From a plasmid: DNA of 64,000 nucleotides. The translations under genes and the position numbers were made by a program. The notes below the pieces were generated by a model. The model worked only from the letters and a program-made list of their open reading frames with translations, searched no databases and was not told where the DNA came from. Of this stretch, positions 60,837 to 64,000 are shown piece by piece (within the stretch, counting starts at the first letter, position 1; the number at the start of each line of letters is the position of its first letter). Location: sequence record NZ_CP128206.1, one strand, 5' to 3'.

Positions 60837-62582
60837 ATGGCCCCCGTATCAACGTCAACTCAATCCGAATCGTCACGCACCATGGACCAGGCTGCTTTTA
60901 TCTCGGCGGCGGAGTCCAAAATGCACACCGCACGGTATCAGAACATCTCGCTGGTGCTTGCCATTAAGCCCGCCAGTCTGGATCCCAGAGCGTTTGACGT
61001 TTTCCACAAAGTCATGCAAACCGTGAAAAGTGCTCAGGTGGTCGGGAATCTGAATCAGAATTTCCTGTTGGTCTACGTGTGCGAACCGATATGCATTAGC
61101 CAAAACCAGGCCCGCGCGATTCATTTCAGCATTCGTCATTTCTTTTCTGAAGTGAAGCAGGCCGATGAGCGCATGTATCGGTTTTTAATTTCCGGGAAAG
61201 TTGGTGTGTCGGTGTTGGGGAAGGACACCCATTCCATGAAGACGGCAGTCGTGCATGCTTCTCAGGCGACATTGGCTCAGCAAGCCGGACATAAAAGCCG
61301 TATACAGTTCTACGATACCGATTTGCAACTGACGATTAAGCGCTACGTGCTGTTAGAGGACCTTGTACGAGATGCCATCGAGAAAGGCGCGATAGGCGTT
61401 CAGTACCAACCTATTATACGGTGTCAGGACTGGGTGGTGGCTGGCTATGAGGCGCTGTGCCGTTTTAACCTGGACGCGGCGCTTAACGCGACAACCACGG
61501 AGTTGATTGGGCTCGCTGAAGATTTAAATCTCATCTCAGAGCTGGATTTACTGACTTACCAGAACGCGTTTTCCCAGTGTGCGCCGTGGCTGAAAAAGTC
61601 CGGTCGTTTCCTGAATCTCAACCTTTCGCCGAATACCCAACAGAGTTTGTCCGAAGTCCTGGAATGCATGGTGCTGCTTGCGAAGCAGGAGCAAGTCGAG
61701 CCACGGCACATTGTCATCGACATGAATGAAGTCAAAAGCCCAGCGGCAACGCTCGATGTCTCAACGTTACTCCCGGAGTTTCGTCAGCGGGGCGTACAGT
61801 TTGCGCTGGACGACTTGTCCGAGGGATTCCGACTGGCTGACCTACTGAGCCAAGGACAATTTCAGTACCTCAGAGTCAGCCGCGAGCTGATTGAACGCAG
61901 CCATGAGCGGGGGGAATACTACCAGGTCATTAAGCTGTTGGTCAGACTATGCCACCGCCTGGACGTTGAGGTGATTGCTGAAGGTATCGAAACGCCGGAC
62001 GAAGCCCGTTTGCTGTCTTACCTGGGGGTGGACTATATGCAAGGGTACCTGTTTGCTAAGCCGGTTGATTATGGCGACCTACAGGAGGCGGAGAAACAGC
62101 TCGAGACGATACTTCGACAGCTGCATGCCGATGGCCTGACGGATAGCTCGGATGCGGATGAAGAAGCCATCACCTTACTCAATATTGCCAGCAAAAGCCT
62201 GCCTCGTTTAGACCCCGGTGAGCCGCTCATCCTGGCTAACGAATACTTAAAACCCGACGCCATTAATGTGATCCCCGTTATCAACAAAGGGGAATGTGTC
62301 GGATTGGTGGACAAAGCTCAGCTCAATCTTCATCTGACTCCGGCCATGGGAACTGAACATAAAACCATGAAAGAAGCAGGCATCTGGAATAAGCCTGTTG
62401 CCAGTATGATGAATACGCAACTGACCATCATGGACGCACAGGCGCTGCTCACGGATGTGCTCCCGTTACTCAAAGAGAGCGCGCTTTCTCTGCCCATCGT
62501 TTTGGTCTCCGATAATCGCTATAAAGGCTTGGTGACGGAAACGGACATTACACACTATCTCTTAAAGCGGCTAAAATTGTAG
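60837..62582 (+). CDS. degenerate-GGDEF / EAL / tandem-CBS protein (581 aa); EAL signature motifs partly degenerate
   Basis: EAL-domain motifs QYQPII and GYEALCRF are present, but DDFGTGYSSL is replaced by LDDLSEGFRL. No GGDEF motif in the N-terminal domain. CBS pair at the C-terminus. Confidence 0.75.
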   Translation: MAPVSTSTQSESSRTMDQAAFISAAESKMHTARYQNISLVLAIKPASLDPRAFDVFHKVMQTVKSAQVVGNLNQNFLLVYVCEPICISQNQARAIHFSIRHFFSEVKQADERMYRFLISGKVGVSVLGKDTHSMKTAVVHASQATLAQQAGHKSRIQFYDTDLQLTIKRYVLLEDLVRDAIEKGAIGVQYQPIIRCQDWVVAGYEALCRFNLDAALNATTTELIGLAEDLNLISELDLLTYQNAFSQCAPWLKKSGRFLNLNLSPNTQQSLSEVLECMVLLAKQEQVEPRHIVIDMNEVKSPAATLDVSTLLPEFRQRGVQFALDDLSEGFRLADLLSQGQFQYLRVSRELIERSHERGEYYQVIKLLVRLCHRLDVEVIAEGIETPDEARLLSYLGVDYMQGYLFAKPVDYGDLQEAEKQLETILRQLHADGLTDSSDADEEAITLLNIASKSLPRLDPGEPLILANEYLKPDAINVIPVINKGECVGLVDKAQLNLHLTPAMGTEHKTMKEAGIWNKPVASMMNTQLTIMDAQALLTDVLPLLKESALSLPIVLVSDNRYKGLVTETDITHYLLKRLKL

Positions 62583-62972
62583 CGTTGTCTTTCGTTTGCG
62601 TTGGGCTGGAAGTCAGGGATGAATCGATATTACGTAAATAAATGTGTGAATTCGCAAGGGCACCATGAGGTTCACCGATTGGGCTGTGCTCTGCAGGCTG
62701 AAATAGAAAGCCGAATCTATTTGGGCGTATTCCCATCAGGGACGATGGCCTTGGTGTTTGCGCGTCGATTGTATGGTGATTCGCAGTACTGCGTGCTTTG
62801 CAGAAACACCGATAGCAGTGAACTCGTTACATAGCCGCTCTCCTAAATGAGAACTCCACCTGAGGAGTGTTGAAAATAACGTTGAGCAAATGACCCTGAC
62901 AGGTCATAGGCAAGTCTTCGGTTCGTTGACTACTCTTTTTCTACCACTCACTATTTAGAATGGAGAAAGAGT

Positions 62973-63263
62973 GTGATGCTCATTTGTGACGATACCAGAC
63001 AGTTCATCATCGCGACAATTGACGATATGCAGACTCGTCTCAGTGACGATAAGCCGGTCTGCGCTCGCTTACAGTTGACGAATGACTGGCTCAAGCTTTG
63101 GATTGACTATCAATACTGGAATATGGTTTTTCATCTCGAGCGACCGGTTGAAGGGATGCTGGCAACGTCAGAGCTGAATATCTTCGCGTTTACGGCTGAG
63201 CATATTGCTGATGCATTAATCAGAGACTTGGAAGAGAAAGTCGATGTGACTGAAGATGAATGA
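62973..63263 (+). CDS. hypothetical protein (96 aa)
   Basis: ORF only. Confidence 0.3.
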   Translation: MMLICDDTRQFIIATIDDMQTRLSDDKPVCARLQLTNDWLKLWIDYQYWNMVFHLERPVEGMLATSELNIFAFTAEHIADALIRDLEEKVDVTEDE

Positions 63264-63619
63264 TGTCACCATCACCGTGGTACTGCTATGGTTAGCGTGT
63301 TTCCGTTAACGTAATTCTCTGCGCCCGAGTTAACATAAATGCCGAGTGCTACAGAGGCCACATTGCTGGTCTCTAGGGGGCGTCGTTCGTAATGAGTCGT
63401 CCCCGTTACTGCGAACGCGTATCGTCAAACGGGAAAGCCCGTATTCTTTGCTATGTGCAACCAGCGCAGAAACTCAAATGGGTTTCAGTTCATGTAGCAC
63501 AGCACGTGAGTGCCATCATCTTGAACGCAGACTCTGGGCTTTACTGCGATGGACAATGACACTTATGCTGTTGTCATTGTAGCGCATCATTCTATGAAAT
63601 TTTCAGGGAGGAGTTAGGT

Positions 63620-63883
63620 ATGGACAGGAAACAGCGACAAGAGTGGTTGTTACAAAGACGCAACGGTTTTCTTCACTATGTATACACGAAAGGGCTGGCT
63701 TGCGCATTTGCATTCGTGTTTGGGTTGGAGTTTCTAAACAATGACTTTTATCTGGATATCATCTCACCAGGCTCAGTGCATTTATACATGACCACACTCT
63801 TGGTTGCCTTTATTTGCTCTGCGATAAATTGGACGTGCAATGAATGCAGTTTAAAGCGCTCAAAAGTAAATCCTCCAACCTAA
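63620..63883 (+). CDS. hypothetical membrane protein (87 aa)
   Basis: Two predicted hydrophobic segments. Confidence 0.3.
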   Translation: MDRKQRQEWLLQRRNGFLHYVYTKGLACAFAFVFGLEFLNNDFYLDIISPGSVHLYMTTLLVAFICSAINWTCNECSLKRSKVNPPT

Positions 63884-64000
63884 AATCGCTAAAATGGAGG
63901 ACAATGGATCTTCTCAACGATACACATGTCTAGATGCGTTCCCGGTCGCAACTCATGAAGCATTGTAACACTACCTCAGAAATCGAAATTAGTAACAAGG

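Overview
This window is a dense mosaic of accessory DNA, most consistent with a conjugative plasmid or ICE-like island of a Vibrio/Photobacterium-type gamma-proteobacterium. It includes a floR/strB/dfrA resistance cluster, at least eight mobile elements or fragments of them, a plasmid replication and partition module, remnants of an F-like transfer backbone, two toxin-antitoxin pairs and several c-di-GMP signalling genes. No rRNA, tRNA or CRISPR arrays were seen.

Layout from left to right:

- **1-7.6 kb, resistance cluster built around ISCR2.** The 3' end of strB (with an apparent 2-bp frameshift) is followed by a 5' piece of ISCR2, a truncated lysR, floR, a truncated virD2-like fragment, a 3' piece of ISCR2, a topoisomerase III N-terminal fragment, a dfrA gene and one complete ISCR2. 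The two ISCR2 pieces are complementary halves broken at one point.
- **7.8-11 kb, Tn3-family IS-like element.** It has 27-bp terminal inverted repeats, a frameshifted ~990-aa transposase and no target duplication.
- **11-18.2 kb, signalling genes bracketed by inverted IS3 ends.** The brackets are the right-end fragments of an IS3-family element. Inside are an IS1634-family transposase fragment, an intact-looking GAF-PAS-GGDEF-EAL protein (1097 aa) and an Aer-like PAS methyl-accepting chemotaxis protein.
- **18.3-19.9 kb, AT-rich stretch.** It carries a 186-aa hypothetical and a frameshifted small secreted-protein gene.
- **19.9-32.5 kb, one minus-strand block resembling the MOBH (SXT/R391 and IncA/C-type) transfer backbone.** It contains a DUF3150-like protein (truncated by a 22-bp tandem duplication), small membrane ORFs, a CobS-like AAA ATPase and a YqaJ-type exonuclease. 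An ISAs1-family IS sits between the ATPase and the exonuclease, flanked by a 10-11 bp target duplication. Four secreted or lipoprotein genes of unknown function follow, then a very large cysteine-rich TraN (1466 aa). Related GC hairpin terminators sharing a conserved loop motif recur between these genes.
- **33.1-46.6 kb, segment bracketed by two identical directly repeated IS903-group elements.**
  - A resolvase-like gene (3' end replaced by the IS inverted repeat), a Phd/ParE toxin-antitoxin pair and a second serine recombinase.
  - A replication origin with a DnaA box, an AT-rich GATC region and about seven TCAGGTG iterons next to a 364-aa iteron-type repA.
  - Four backbone genes: two hypotheticals, a DUF457 hydrolase and a PRTase-like protein.
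  - A LysR / YfcC-transporter / aspartoacylase-like operon.
- **46.9-49.3 kb, type Ia parAB partition operon.** It has a 15-bp-arm operator palindrome just upstream.
- **49.5-54 kb, compact Tn3-family transposon.** Its order is left IR, tnpA, parE/parD, res, tnpR, degenerate right IR, with no resistance cargo.
- **54.5-56.3 kb, truncated third IS903 copy.** It is interrupted by a different IS3-family IS whose orfA carries a 4-bp duplication.
- **56.5-64 kb, c-di-GMP-related genes and small hypotheticals.** These are an HPP-CBS membrane protein, a VpsT/CsgD-family regulator with an intact W-L-S-R motif, a degenerate-GGDEF/EAL/CBS protein and several small ORFs.

The best candidates for uncharacterised systems are:

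- The four-gene secreted/lipoprotein operon next to traN.
- The CobS-like/DUF3150/small-membrane-protein module.
- The IS-captured GGDEF-EAL plus Aer module.
- The AT-rich TTGTCAATATTCAG palindrome family around the rep/par region.
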